From Acidimicrobiales bacterium (GTDB lineage Bacteria; Actinomycetota; Acidimicrobiia; Acidimicrobiales; Aldehydirespiratoraceae): a stretch of 64,000 nt of DNA. Shown here one piece after another: positions 40,362 through 48,101 of the stretch. Position 1 is the stretch's first letter. Each line of letters begins with the position of its first letter. Under the pieces are notes generated by a model. It was given only the letters and a program-made list of their open reading frames with translations, did no database searches and was not told the origin of the DNA. The stretch lies in the NCBI GenBank assembly GCA_965200005.1, contig OZ241331.1, positions 2,747,862-2,811,861 of the forward strand. Direction: 5' to 3'. The position numbers and the translations under genes were made by a program.

Positions 40362-41260
40362 CCGGCTGAGGCTAACGCGCCATTACGACGGGCACGGGCG
40401 ATCAGGATTGCGTTCGCTTCAGCGCCCACAAGCAAACCCATCGCCATCAAGTACAGCCACACGATCAGCGACAAGGCCCCGCCTAGCAGGCCAAACACTG
40501 CATTCACGCCACCGGCGGCGATATCAAGATAGGAGCGGAATCCGATCGTGACGCTCAACCACCAGACTGTGCCGACGACGGCGCCTGGCAGATGCACTCG
40601 AATCCTTGAACGGCTCAAGGGCGCGAAGTGATAGATCATTGCAGCCCACAAGACGACGAGCACGAACACCCAGGGCCATCGGAACCAGTTCCATAGCGTC
40701 ACGAACCACGATCCGAGGCCTAGCCGCTCGGCGAATTCCTCGCCCGTGCCTAGCAGTGGCCCGACGACCACGGTCGCGGCAACCACCGCCGCTACCGGCA
40801 ACGTGATAAGCGTGAGCACCAGCCCCATGAGCCGCGTAGAGACCCAATTGCGCCGGTTCTCGTGACCGTAAACCACGTCGAGTGCTCCAACAACCGCCGT
40901 TAGCCCTCGTGACGCGGTGTATGCGGACAGCACCACGCTGATCGTTATGAGTCCAGCGTTTGAGCGGTCGAACACTTCTGCGACGGTAGCTGCCAGAGTG
41001 TTGTCATCGCCGAACACTGCGGACACTTGCTCAACGACCCAGTCTTTGATTGCAGCCTCGGCATCAACACCTGCGATCACCTCAACCGAACCGAGCGCTG
41101 CCGCAAATAGCAGCATGGCGGGGAACAGCCCGAGCACGGCAAAGAAGGCGATCTCTGCGGAAAGGCCACCGACGCGGGCGCGTGACCAGCCGTCACGGAA
41201 CTCATTGATCAGTTCCAGCGACGCCCGCAAGCGTGCCCTTAGCTCGGGGCGGCGCACCAT
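40358..41260 (-). CDS. YihY/BrkB family membrane protein
   Basis: LSAEIAFFAVLGLFPAMLLFAAALG start and a 6-TM profile typical of YihY. Confidence 0.8.
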   Translation of the reverse strand: MVRRPELRARLRASLELINEFRDGWSRARVGGLSAEIAFFAVLGLFPAMLLFAAALGSVEVIAGVDAEAAIKDWVVEQVSAVFGDDNTLAATVAEVFDRSNAGLITISVVLSAYTASRGLTAVVGALDVVYGHENRRNWVSTRLMGLVLTLITLPVAAVVAATVVVGPLLGTGEEFAERLGLGSWFVTLWNWFRWPWVFVLVVLWAAMIYHFAPLSRSRIRVHLPGAVVGTVWWLSVTIGFRSYLDIAAGGVNAVFGLLGGALSLIVWLYLMAMGLLVGAEANAILIARARRNGALASAG

Positions 41261-41335
41261 TAGGGCTTCAATGCTAAGCCAAGATCTCCTCGAGCAGGTA
41301 CCACAGCCTCACCCGGCTGGCGGATGGGGCGCCTG

Positions 41336-44251
41336 TCAGCTACACCCGCTTGTCGAACCGCAGTGGGCGCACAAGTAACACGAACCGGCGCGCTGCATTG
41401 TGACACCACAGACCATGCAAAACGGTGCTCCCGCGTCGATATCGGGCTTCTGGGTTGGCTTGAGGGCCCCGTCAGGCTCGCTGCTCCACATCTCAAGCTG
41501 CGTTGCGGGCCCGTTGTCGGGCCGGTATCGCGCCGTGGTTGGTGCTAGGTCATGGCCTTGGGCGGTGACCGTGGTTTGCTCCTCGACGCCTGGCAACGTG
41601 GGTTGGCTGCGCTCCCCTGTTGTGAGCACGCCAAGTGCAACGCGTTGCTCGACCGGCAGGTACATCACAGCAAGCTTGCGGAACAGGTAGTCCATCAGGC
41701 TGGTAGCGATCCGTATCTCGGGATCGTCGGTGATACCTGCTGGCTCGAAGCGCACGCCTACGAAAGTCTTGACATAGGCCGATAGCGGAACCCCGTATTG
41801 CAAGCCGTGGCTAACTGAGATGGCGAAGGCGTCCATGATGCCCGCCAGTGTGGAACCTTGTTTGGAGACCTTCACGAATATCTCGCCGGGCCGACCGTCG
41901 GGGTATTCACCGACGGTCACGAACCCCTTGCATTCAGCGACCCGGAACTCGAACGTACGAGACGAGCGTGAACGGGGCAGACGGCAGCGCACCGGTGCCG
42001 CGGGCTCTGATGCACCCGAAGCGCCGTTAGATCCGTTAGATGAAGCCTCCGCCGCCAGGTGACCTGCGTGATTGGTGGCCGCCGAGCCGTTAAGCCTTGA
42101 GGTCGGTGCCAGCTGGCTGTTTGAGTCGAGGCTGTTGCCATGCGTGCTTGAAGCTTCGTCCTGGCGTCGCGATCCGACGCTTAAGGGTTGGGCCACCTTG
42201 GAGTTGTCGCGATAGATGGCCACCGCCTTGAGACCGAGCCGCCAGGCGTCAACAAGCAACTGCTCCACATCATCGACTGTGGAATCAGCCGGCATGTTCA
42301 CGGTTTTGGAGATCGCTCCTGACAGCAGGGGCTGCACCGCTGCCATCATCTCTACATGACCTGAACTAGCGATCGAGTTGTCGCCTAGCGAGCAAGCGAA
42401 CACAGCCCGGTGCTGTTCATCAAGCGGCGAACCCTCGATCGTGTGGTGTTCGGCAATGTGGCTGACAATCTCATCAACCTGTTCTGGGCTGTATCCCAGG
42501 TTGCGCAACGCAGCAGGAACTGTCTGGTTGACAATTTCCATCGTCCCGCCACCAACGAGCTGCTTTGACTTCACTAGCCCCAGGTCGGGTTCGATGCCGG
42601 TCGTGTCGCAATCCATCAACAGCCCGATCGTGCCGGTCGGTGCGAGCACGGTCGCTTGACTGTTGCGCACTCCCACGGAGGTGGCTCGTTCGCAGGTGTC
42701 ATCCCAGATTTGCCTGGCGTTCTCAAGCACCCGGGTCGGCGCGAGATCGTCGTTGATCGCCGCTGTCGCGGTGCGGTGCATCTGGAGAACGCCAAGCATG
42801 TGTTCGCGGTTCTCTTCGAAACCCGCAAACGTGCCAACTCGTTCCGCGAGCCTCGCAGAGGTGTTGTAGGCCTGGCCTGTCATTAGCGACGTGATCGCGG
42901 CCGCGATTGCACGACCGCGATCTGAGTCATATGGCACTCCGAGCGCCATTAGTAGCGCACCTAGATTGGCGTAACCGAGCCCGATCTGGCGGAACGCTCT
43001 CGTGGTCTCGGTAATCGCCTGCGTGGGATAGTCGGCGTGACCCACCAGGATCTCCTGCGCAACGAACACCAACTCAACTGCTCGGCAGAACCCGTCAACA
43101 TCAAAGTCACCGTCGTCACCGAGGAACTTCAGCAGGTTGATCGATGCCAGATTGCAGGCGCTGTCATCGAGATGCACATACTCCGAACACGGGTTGCTGG
43201 CGTTGATCGGCCCGGTCGTCGCAGCCGTGTGCCAGCGGTTGATCGTGCTGTGAAACTGCACACCCGGATCGGCACACTCCCATGCCGCTTCTGCAATCTG
43301 GCGCAAGATCGTGTGAGCAGGCACAGTCTTGACAGTGCGCCCATCCCTGCGAGCAACCAGATCCCAATCACGACCCTGCGTTGCCGCCTCCATGAAATCA
43401 TCGGTCACACGCACCGAGTTGTTGGCGTTCTGATACTGCACAGAGGCCGCGTCACGACCGTCAAGGCTCATATCAAAGCCCGCCTCGGCCAGCGCTCGCG
43501 ACTTGCGTTCTTCGCGTGCTTTGCACCAGATGAACTCGAAGATGTCTGGGTGGTCGGCGTCGAGCACGACCATCTTGGCGGCTCGGCGGGTCTTGCCGCC
43601 CGACTTGATGGTGCCAGCCGAGGCGTCGGCGCCACGCATGAAGCTGACTGGCCCTGACGCTGTCCCGCCACCGCTGAGCTTCTCGCAACTGGCACGAATC
43701 CGGGACAGGTTCACCCCAGCACCCGAGCCGCCCTTGAAGATGCGGCCCTCCTCGCGATACCACTCAAGGATCGACTCCATGGTGTCGTCCACCGACAAGA
43801 TGAAACACGCCGATGCTTGCTGGGGAACGCCCGCAACGCCGATGTTGAACCACACCGGCGAGTTGAATGCAGCCCGTTGCTCAAATAGCAACTCTGCCAA
43901 CTCGGAATTGAACGTGTCTGACTCGAACACGTCGTCGAAGTACCCATCAGCGACGCCCCAGGCGGTGATGGTGTCAACGATGCGCGCCACTACTTCACGC
44001 AGCGAACGCTCACGGTCAGGAGTTCCTAAGTCACCACGAAAGTACTTTTGGGCGAGGATGTTCGTGGCGTTCTGCGACCACGACGACGGCACTTCCACGC
44101 CTGCCTGCTCGAAGGCGACGGATCCGTCGCGGTGATCGATAAGGCGGGCATCGCGTCGCTCCCAGGAAATGTGATCTCCTGGATCACGGAGTCCCTCGTT
44201 GTTCGGATCGGCACCGGCCATCAACTCGATTTGCAGTGGCGCCAAAGTCAT
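41336..44251 (-). CDS. nrdJ: adenosylcobalamin-dependent ribonucleoside-diphosphate reductase (class II)
   Basis: 971 aa. Active-site region NASNPCSEYVHLDDSACNLASINL and C-terminal zinc ribbon CMVCG...CAHCG. An S/N/G-rich low-complexity insert of about 55 aa precedes the C-terminal module. Confidence 0.95.
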   Translation of the reverse strand: MTLAPLQIELMAGADPNNEGLRDPGDHISWERRDARLIDHRDGSVAFEQAGVEVPSSWSQNATNILAQKYFRGDLGTPDRERSLREVVARIVDTITAWGVADGYFDDVFESDTFNSELAELLFEQRAAFNSPVWFNIGVAGVPQQASACFILSVDDTMESILEWYREEGRIFKGGSGAGVNLSRIRASCEKLSGGGTASGPVSFMRGADASAGTIKSGGKTRRAAKMVVLDADHPDIFEFIWCKAREERKSRALAEAGFDMSLDGRDAASVQYQNANNSVRVTDDFMEAATQGRDWDLVARRDGRTVKTVPAHTILRQIAEAAWECADPGVQFHSTINRWHTAATTGPINASNPCSEYVHLDDSACNLASINLLKFLGDDGDFDVDGFCRAVELVFVAQEILVGHADYPTQAITETTRAFRQIGLGYANLGALLMALGVPYDSDRGRAIAAAITSLMTGQAYNTSARLAERVGTFAGFEENREHMLGVLQMHRTATAAINDDLAPTRVLENARQIWDDTCERATSVGVRNSQATVLAPTGTIGLLMDCDTTGIEPDLGLVKSKQLVGGGTMEIVNQTVPAALRNLGYSPEQVDEIVSHIAEHHTIEGSPLDEQHRAVFACSLGDNSIASSGHVEMMAAVQPLLSGAISKTVNMPADSTVDDVEQLLVDAWRLGLKAVAIYRDNSKVAQPLSVGSRRQDEASSTHGNSLDSNSQLAPTSRLNGSAATNHAGHLAAEASSNGSNGASGASEPAAPVRCRLPRSRSSRTFEFRVAECKGFVTVGEYPDGRPGEIFVKVSKQGSTLAGIMDAFAISVSHGLQYGVPLSAYVKTFVGVRFEPAGITDDPEIRIATSLMDYLFRKLAVMYLPVEQRVALGVLTTGERSQPTLPGVEEQTTVTAQGHDLAPTTARYRPDNGPATQLEMWSSEPDGALKPTQKPDIDAGAPFCMVCGVTMQRAGSCYLCAHCGSTSGCS

Positions 44252-44434
44252 GGGGATGCCCTCCTCGATGTAACCGGGGCAGGACAGCCCGGCGCTTCAC
44301 GTGACGATACGAGTCCAGCTTGTGGACTTGCTATGGGATAGATGTGCAAGACCTCGCTTCCTATCCAGAGATTTGCCCACAGCCTGTAGACAACGCTTGC
44401 CAAAGGACAACGGTCGGCAGAACCCCCTGCGGCG

Positions 44435-45235
44435 GTGGCACTGAGGTACCGTCGCGGCGTGCTACGCCTGCTACCCGCTCCGGTGGCTGAGATCGATCCA
44501 CTGGACGTGTACCCCGTAATGGCGAGGCCGCAATCATCAGCCCGACCCTGGTTGATGCTCAACATGATTGCCTCTACAGACGGGGCGATAACTGTTGGGG
44601 GCACGAGCGAGGCGCTCGGCAATGCCGCCGATCAAGCAGTGTTCTCGGCCGTGCGTGCTTGCTGTGACTGGATCCTGGTAGCAGCAGGCACTGCACGGAT
44701 AGAGCGCTACAGCTTGCCCCGCCCGAAACGCAGAACCCGCGTAGCGCGGCGTGTAGCGGGTTTGCGAAGCCGTCCTGGCCTTGCCGTTGTCACTTCCAGC
44801 TTGAACCTCGATCTTGACTTGCCCATGTTCAGTGACCGCCGTCCCGGCGATGCTTTGCCGCTGATAATTGCCGGTAGCACGGCGACGACTTCGCAGATTG
44901 CGCATTTCGACAGCGTCGCAGAGATTGTCCAGACACGGTCGCCACGACCAACTTGTGATGAGATCATGACCGAGTTGTCTCGACGCGAGGCTCGGGTCGT
45001 GCTGTCTGAGGGTGGGCCGAGTTTCAATGCGCAGCTCGCAGACGCTGGCATTATCGACGAGTTGTGCCTGTCGATCTCGCCGCTGGTAGCTGGGGGCGAC
45101 AGCACCCGCCTGATCAACGGGTCGCGACGGCTGGTGCCGCAATCGTTGGTACTTGATCACCTTGCTGTTGCCTCCGACACGATCTTTGCCCGTTACCTAG
45201 ACGCCTCGGTTGCAGCCTCGATTGCTGCGACGTAG
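44435..45235 (+). CDS. RibD C-terminal domain / dihydrofolate reductase family protein
   Basis: MLNMIASTDGAITVGGTSEALGNAADQAVFSAVRACCDWILVAAGTARIERY matches the RibD_C pattern. Confidence 0.75.
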   Translation: MALRYRRGVLRLLPAPVAEIDPLDVYPVMARPQSSARPWLMLNMIASTDGAITVGGTSEALGNAADQAVFSAVRACCDWILVAAGTARIERYSLPRPKRRTRVARRVAGLRSRPGLAVVTSSLNLDLDLPMFSDRRPGDALPLIIAGSTATTSQIAHFDSVAEIVQTRSPRPTCDEIMTELSRREARVVLSEGGPSFNAQLADAGIIDELCLSISPLVAGGDSTRLINGSRRLVPQSLVLDHLAVASDTIFARYLDASVAASIAAT

Positions 45236-45558
45236 TCGCTTGCTTCAGCAACCTGACCGGCACTGCCATCGTGACTCTCTGCATCGTGTACCACCGTCTC
45301 TGCTGATGTAGCAGGCGCCCGCACCGACCAGGGGTCAGCCAACTCGAGCGGCACCCCTTCACGGCGACCGAGTCCTGCCAGTACCAGCAACGCCACAAGC
45401 AGGCTTGCTGCCACAACGGCACGCCGACGCCGGTAGACGCTGTCTGGCTTCATCCTCATCGTCGGCATCCTCGGCGGCGCGAGGCGCTGAATGCTTGACT
45501 GCGAACAGGAGTTCTGCAAACGTGTGTTTGTATATGCGGTGTGGGCTTGTGTGGTCAT
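45193..45558 (-). CDS. hypothetical small membrane protein, divergent from lexA
   Basis: ATG at 45558 has GGAGG 8 nt upstream. One predicted TM helix (AVVAASLLVALLVLAGLG) after an Arg-rich stretch. Alternative starts at 45468/45459/45453 would place the SOS-like box at 45502-45515 upstream of the gene. No recognisable domain. Confidence 0.5.
   Translation of the reverse strand: MTTQAHTAYTNTRLQNSCSQSSIQRLAPPRMPTMRMKPDSVYRRRRAVVAASLLVALLVLAGLGRREGVPLELADPWSVRAPATSAETVVHDAESHDGSAGQVAEASDYVAAIEAATEASR
45502..45515. promoter_or_regulatory. SOS-box-like palindrome cGAACaggaGTTCt
   Basis: Perfect GAAC-N4-GTTC core read directly. Lies inside, or just upstream of, the 5' end of the divergent small membrane protein gene, depending on its start. 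Confidence 0.45.
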
Positions 45559-45671
45559 CGGGTTTACCTCCTCACTTGCGAGGTGCTTGGCGGGCTGAGT
45601 GCCGGTCTTGGCTTCGTGTTCGACCAGTCCCGCATCCGGTCACGTTCATGAGAACGGCTAGCGACCCCAAG

Positions 45672-45686
45672 CGAATGTGTGTTCGA
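45672..45686. promoter_or_regulatory. LexA box (imperfect) cGAATgtgtGTTCGa
   Basis: One mismatch to the GAAC-N4-GTTC core. 59 nt upstream of the lexA ATG. Confidence 0.6.
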
Positions 45687-45696
45687 TATGATAGCA

Positions 45697-45710
45697 TGAA
45701 CATCTGTTCG
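45697..45710. promoter_or_regulatory. LexA box tGAACatctGTTCg
   Basis: Perfect GAAC-N4-GTTC core 35 nt upstream of the lexA ATG, the classic autoregulatory position. Confidence 0.8.
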
Positions 45711-45744
45711 CAACACACAACACCCGGACTAGAGGAGAACCCAC

Positions 45745-46389
45745 ATGCCACCGCCCCGTAGCCGCACAACCCTGTCGCCGAGACGCCGCAAGATCCTTGA
45801 GATGGTGCTTGGTTACACGCGCGACAACGGTTACCCGCCGTCGATACGTGAGATCGGAGCTCAGGTTGGTCTCCGGTCACCAGCCTCTGTTAAGGCTCAT
45901 CTAGATGTGCTTAAGGATGCTGGGTACCTGCGGGTCGATCCCTCAAAACCCCGTGCAATTCAGTTGCGCTACGACGAGAACTCTGGTGCCGCAGCCGATC
46001 GGCAGCCCGTCCGTCACGTGCCGCTCGTTGGTGACATCGCCGCTGGTTCCGGCGTCCTGGCAGCCGAGAATGTCGAAGAGTTAGTGCCTGTCCCGGCTGA
46101 CATGACCGGTGACGGCGAGCTGTTTATGTTGCGCGTTCGAGGCGACTCAATGCGCGAAGCTGGGATTCTCGACGGCGACTTTGTCGTGTGCCGTGCCCAG
46201 CAGACAGCTGAAGATGGCGAGATCGTGGCCGCGGGCATCCCAGGAGGCGAAGCCACCGTCAAGCGACTGCGCTTCCGGGCCCCCTACATCGTGCTCGAAC
46301 CCGCCAACGAACTATTCGCGGAGATGCGCTTCAAGCCAGGCGAAGTAGTCATCTACGGCAAAGTCGTAACCATGATGCGCCGCTACTAA
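45745..46389 (+). CDS. lexA: LexA repressor
   Basis: Winged-helix N-domain (GYPPSIREIG), Ala-Gly cleavage site (GDIAAGSG), catalytic Ser (RGDSM) and Lys (VKRL). GAGGAG RBS. Confidence 0.96.
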   Translation: MPPPRSRTTLSPRRRKILEMVLGYTRDNGYPPSIREIGAQVGLRSPASVKAHLDVLKDAGYLRVDPSKPRAIQLRYDENSGAAADRQPVRHVPLVGDIAAGSGVLAAENVEELVPVPADMTGDGELFMLRVRGDSMREAGILDGDFVVCRAQQTAEDGEIVAAGIPGGEATVKRLRFRAPYIVLEPANELFAEMRFKPGEVVIYGKVVTMMRRY

Positions 46390-46397
46390 CCCGCCGC

Positions 46398-46609
46398 CAG
46401 TCGGGGCGCTCGCTTACACTGCCGCCATGACCAACGCGCAACTCTGGGCAATCATCGGATCCACACTGGGCCTTGTCGTGTCCATGAGCGGACTGCTCAC
46501 ATACCTCCTCCACCTCCAAGGAAGACGAATCGACGATCTCGGCAAACAGATCGACAAGCTAGACACCAAGGTCGACAGACTTGATGACAAGATGAGCACC
46601 AAGATCGAC
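46398..46609 (+). repeat. copy A of a direct repeat, identical to 47878-48101 apart from a 12-nt insertion in copy B
   Basis: Compared base by base: 46398-46545 = 47878-48025 and 46546-46609 = 48038-48101. Confidence 0.95.
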
Positions 46610-46687
46610 ACCAACACCGCCTTGATTCACGATGTCAGAGAACGTCTAGTAGCTCTTGAAGTTAGGCGCGAACTAGAGACTGCCTAG
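46427..46687 (+). CDS. small membrane-anchored coiled-coil protein, paralogue A (86 aa), unknown family
   Basis: N-terminal TM helix AQLWAIIGSTLGLVVSMSGLLTYLL, then a charged heptad-like segment RIDDLGKQIDKLDTKVDRLDDKMSTKID. Starts 37 nt after the lexA stop. Differences from paralogue B are almost all synonymous, which supports real coding. Confidence 0.7.
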   Translation: MTNAQLWAIIGSTLGLVVSMSGLLTYLLHLQGRRIDDLGKQIDKLDTKVDRLDDKMSTKIDTNTALIHDVRERLVALEVRRELETA

Positions 46688-46723
46688 CGTCTCACTCCCC
46701 GTTAACCGGTGGAGTGAGACGCT
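46686..46723. terminator. strong hairpin (13-bp perfect stem, 12-nt loop) after paralogue A, bidirectional position
   Basis: agcgtctcactcc / ccgttaaccggt / ggagtgagacgct read directly. Overlaps the paralogue A stop codon. Confidence 0.7.
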
Positions 46724-46737
46724 AGAAGATCCGGTTA

Positions 46738-46875
46738 GTCCCTCGGTAGACGTGGGCCGTTGCGTTCCCAGGTGAGAGTGAACTCGCCGTTTTGATACTC
46801 GACGCGCCAGCGGATCACGATGTCTTGCTGGCCAGCGAGGCTGAAAGTCACCTCTCTCGGATTGAGCTTCCAACT
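46738..46875 (-). pseudogene. possible decayed 3' end of the secreted-protein gene (46 open codons after an in-frame TAG, in the +1 frame relative to the annotated ORF)
   Basis: The minus strand translates to SWKLNPREVTFSLAGQQDIVIRWRVEYQNGEFTLTWERNGPRLPRD*. Its stop at 46735-46737 sits 11 nt from the hairpin. An open frame of this length is not statistically compelling. Confidence 0.2.
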
Positions 46876-46915
46876 CTAGATGTCCCATGAGACGCCAGCA
46901 CCGTTACCGCTCAAG

Positions 46916-47872
46916 CTAGACGGCAGATACGACGGGCACTTCCCACCATTGATGATTCACATGACACGAATACTTACGCAGTTTGATCTGATAGTGAGTG
47001 CCATCTGGGAACTCGCCTTGCAACAACGGTTCCCCACCGCCACTGTCACCATTCAAGATCAGTGTCGCAGTGCCTGTGTCAGCCATTGGAATCGTGTTGT
47101 CGCTGCTGTCTAGCGCTTCGACTTTCACGTAGTAATAGCGTCCTCGTGTCACACTATCGTCGGAGTCAAGAGTGGCTGAAGTGCCCGTGACTGTCATTGA
47201 GTTTGAATACGAAGTTGGCGGAGATTGCCCTTCTGCCCATGAGACCTTGTATTTCGCAGCATCCGTATATGCGGTCCAAGACACGTTCAACGCGTCATAG
47301 GAGGCTGAAGGCGATGCCGACAGGCCCTCCAAGGAATCCATAGGTACTTTGAAACTGACTGTGATAGTCTCATCGTTAGCGGGTATGCCCTCGAGACCCA
47401 GATCATGGAACTCATAGAGTTTGTACGTGGAACTCCAGTTACCGTCCGCAGCGTTCAGGTCAAGGTCAAGACCGGTGCTGTCGATATCGATAGTCATCAC
47501 CTCAAGCAACGAGTCGGGTAACTGTTCACCATCGCCGTCGCTATCAGTATTGAACCGCATTATCAACCCGTCTGTGATCCCCAAGCGACTGTCCGGCCCG
47601 CAGATATACAACAAGGTGAACTCATACTCCTGCCCGTTCCACTCAAAGTAGTCGGGATCAGGAACATTACCGCTGCCCGGGTTTTTCCAGCGGGTGCAAC
47701 CGTAATATTGCGACGAGGTGATGTTCACGGTCAGCAGTTCCTGTTCAGTAGCGGCCGCTGCCGAAGCGGTCACCATGGATGCCGCCATAGACGCAGCCGT
47801 TACTGCCAACACTACGAACATGCGAGCGCCCACCCTGCTTCGATGATCGTTGTCAACACCGCCTTGATTCAC
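46916..47872 (-). CDS. secreted protein with a fibronectin type III-like domain, lower-GC gene
   Basis: Signal peptide (likely start GTG 47833 or ATG 47821: GARMFVVLAVTAASMAASMVTASAAAA). FN3-like segment LSASPSASYDALNVSWTAYTDAAKYKVSWAEG...YYYVKVEALD. Sampled lines are about 48-52% G+C. Confidence 0.65.
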   Translation of the reverse strand: MNQGGVDNDHRSRVGARMFVVLAVTAASMAASMVTASAAAATEQELLTVNITSSQYYGCTRWKNPGSGNVPDPDYFEWNGQEYEFTLLYICGPDSRLGITDGLIMRFNTDSDGDGEQLPDSLLEVMTIDIDSTGLDLDLNAADGNWSSTYKLYEFHDLGLEGIPANDETITVSFKVPMDSLEGLSASPSASYDALNVSWTAYTDAAKYKVSWAEGQSPPTSYSNSMTVTGTSATLDSDDSVTRGRYYYVKVEALDSSDNTIPMADTGTATLILNGDSGGGEPLLQGEFPDGTHYQIKLRKYSCHVNHQWWEVPVVSAV

Positions 47873-47877
47873 GATGT

Positions 47878-48101
47878 CAGTCGGGGCGCTCGCTTACACT
47901 GCCGCCATGACCAACGCGCAACTCTGGGCAATCATCGGATCCACACTGGGCCTTGTCGTGTCCATGAGCGGACTGCTCACATACCTCCTCCACCTCCAAG
48001 GAAGACGAATCGACGATCTCGGCAAGGATCTCGGCAAACAGATCGACAAGCTAGACACCAAGGTCGACAGACTTGATGACAAGATGAGCACCAAGATCGA
48101 C
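47878..48101 (+). repeat. copy B of the direct repeat (includes the 12-nt insertion at 48026-48037)
   Basis: See copy A. The offset is 1480 nt before the insertion and 1492 nt after it. Confidence 0.95.

Noticed and set aside
44252-44434. Cobalamin riboswitch or tandem NrdR boxes in the nrdJ leader
   Set aside because: I could not align a B12 box or the conserved riboswitch core. The two candidate 16-mers on the minus strand (cacatctatcccatag, tccacaagctggactc) match the NrdR consensus acaCwAtATaTwGtgt poorly. A PWM or Infernal scan is needed for a firm answer.
44248-44622. 124-aa minus-strand ORF upstream of nrdJ, considered as a possible NrdR
   Set aside because: It has no N-terminal CxxC zinc ribbon or ATP-cone sequence, and it is antisense to the 5' end of the ribD-like gene.
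45644-45655. GTTCatgaGAAC palindrome in the lexA upstream region
   Set aside because: The half-sites are in the opposite order (GTTC-N4-GAAC) to the LexA consensus, so it is probably not a LexA site.
46673-46888. 71-aa minus-strand ORF between paralogue A and the FN3 gene
   Set aside because: It runs through the terminator hairpin, is Arg-rich, and is in a different frame from the more protein-like remnant.
47874-47906. 11-codon N-terminal extension of paralogue B (MSVGALAYTAA)
   Set aside because: The ATG lies inside the 27-nt recombination-scar fragment. Paralogue A has no equivalent extension, and the shared ATG aligns at 46427/47907.
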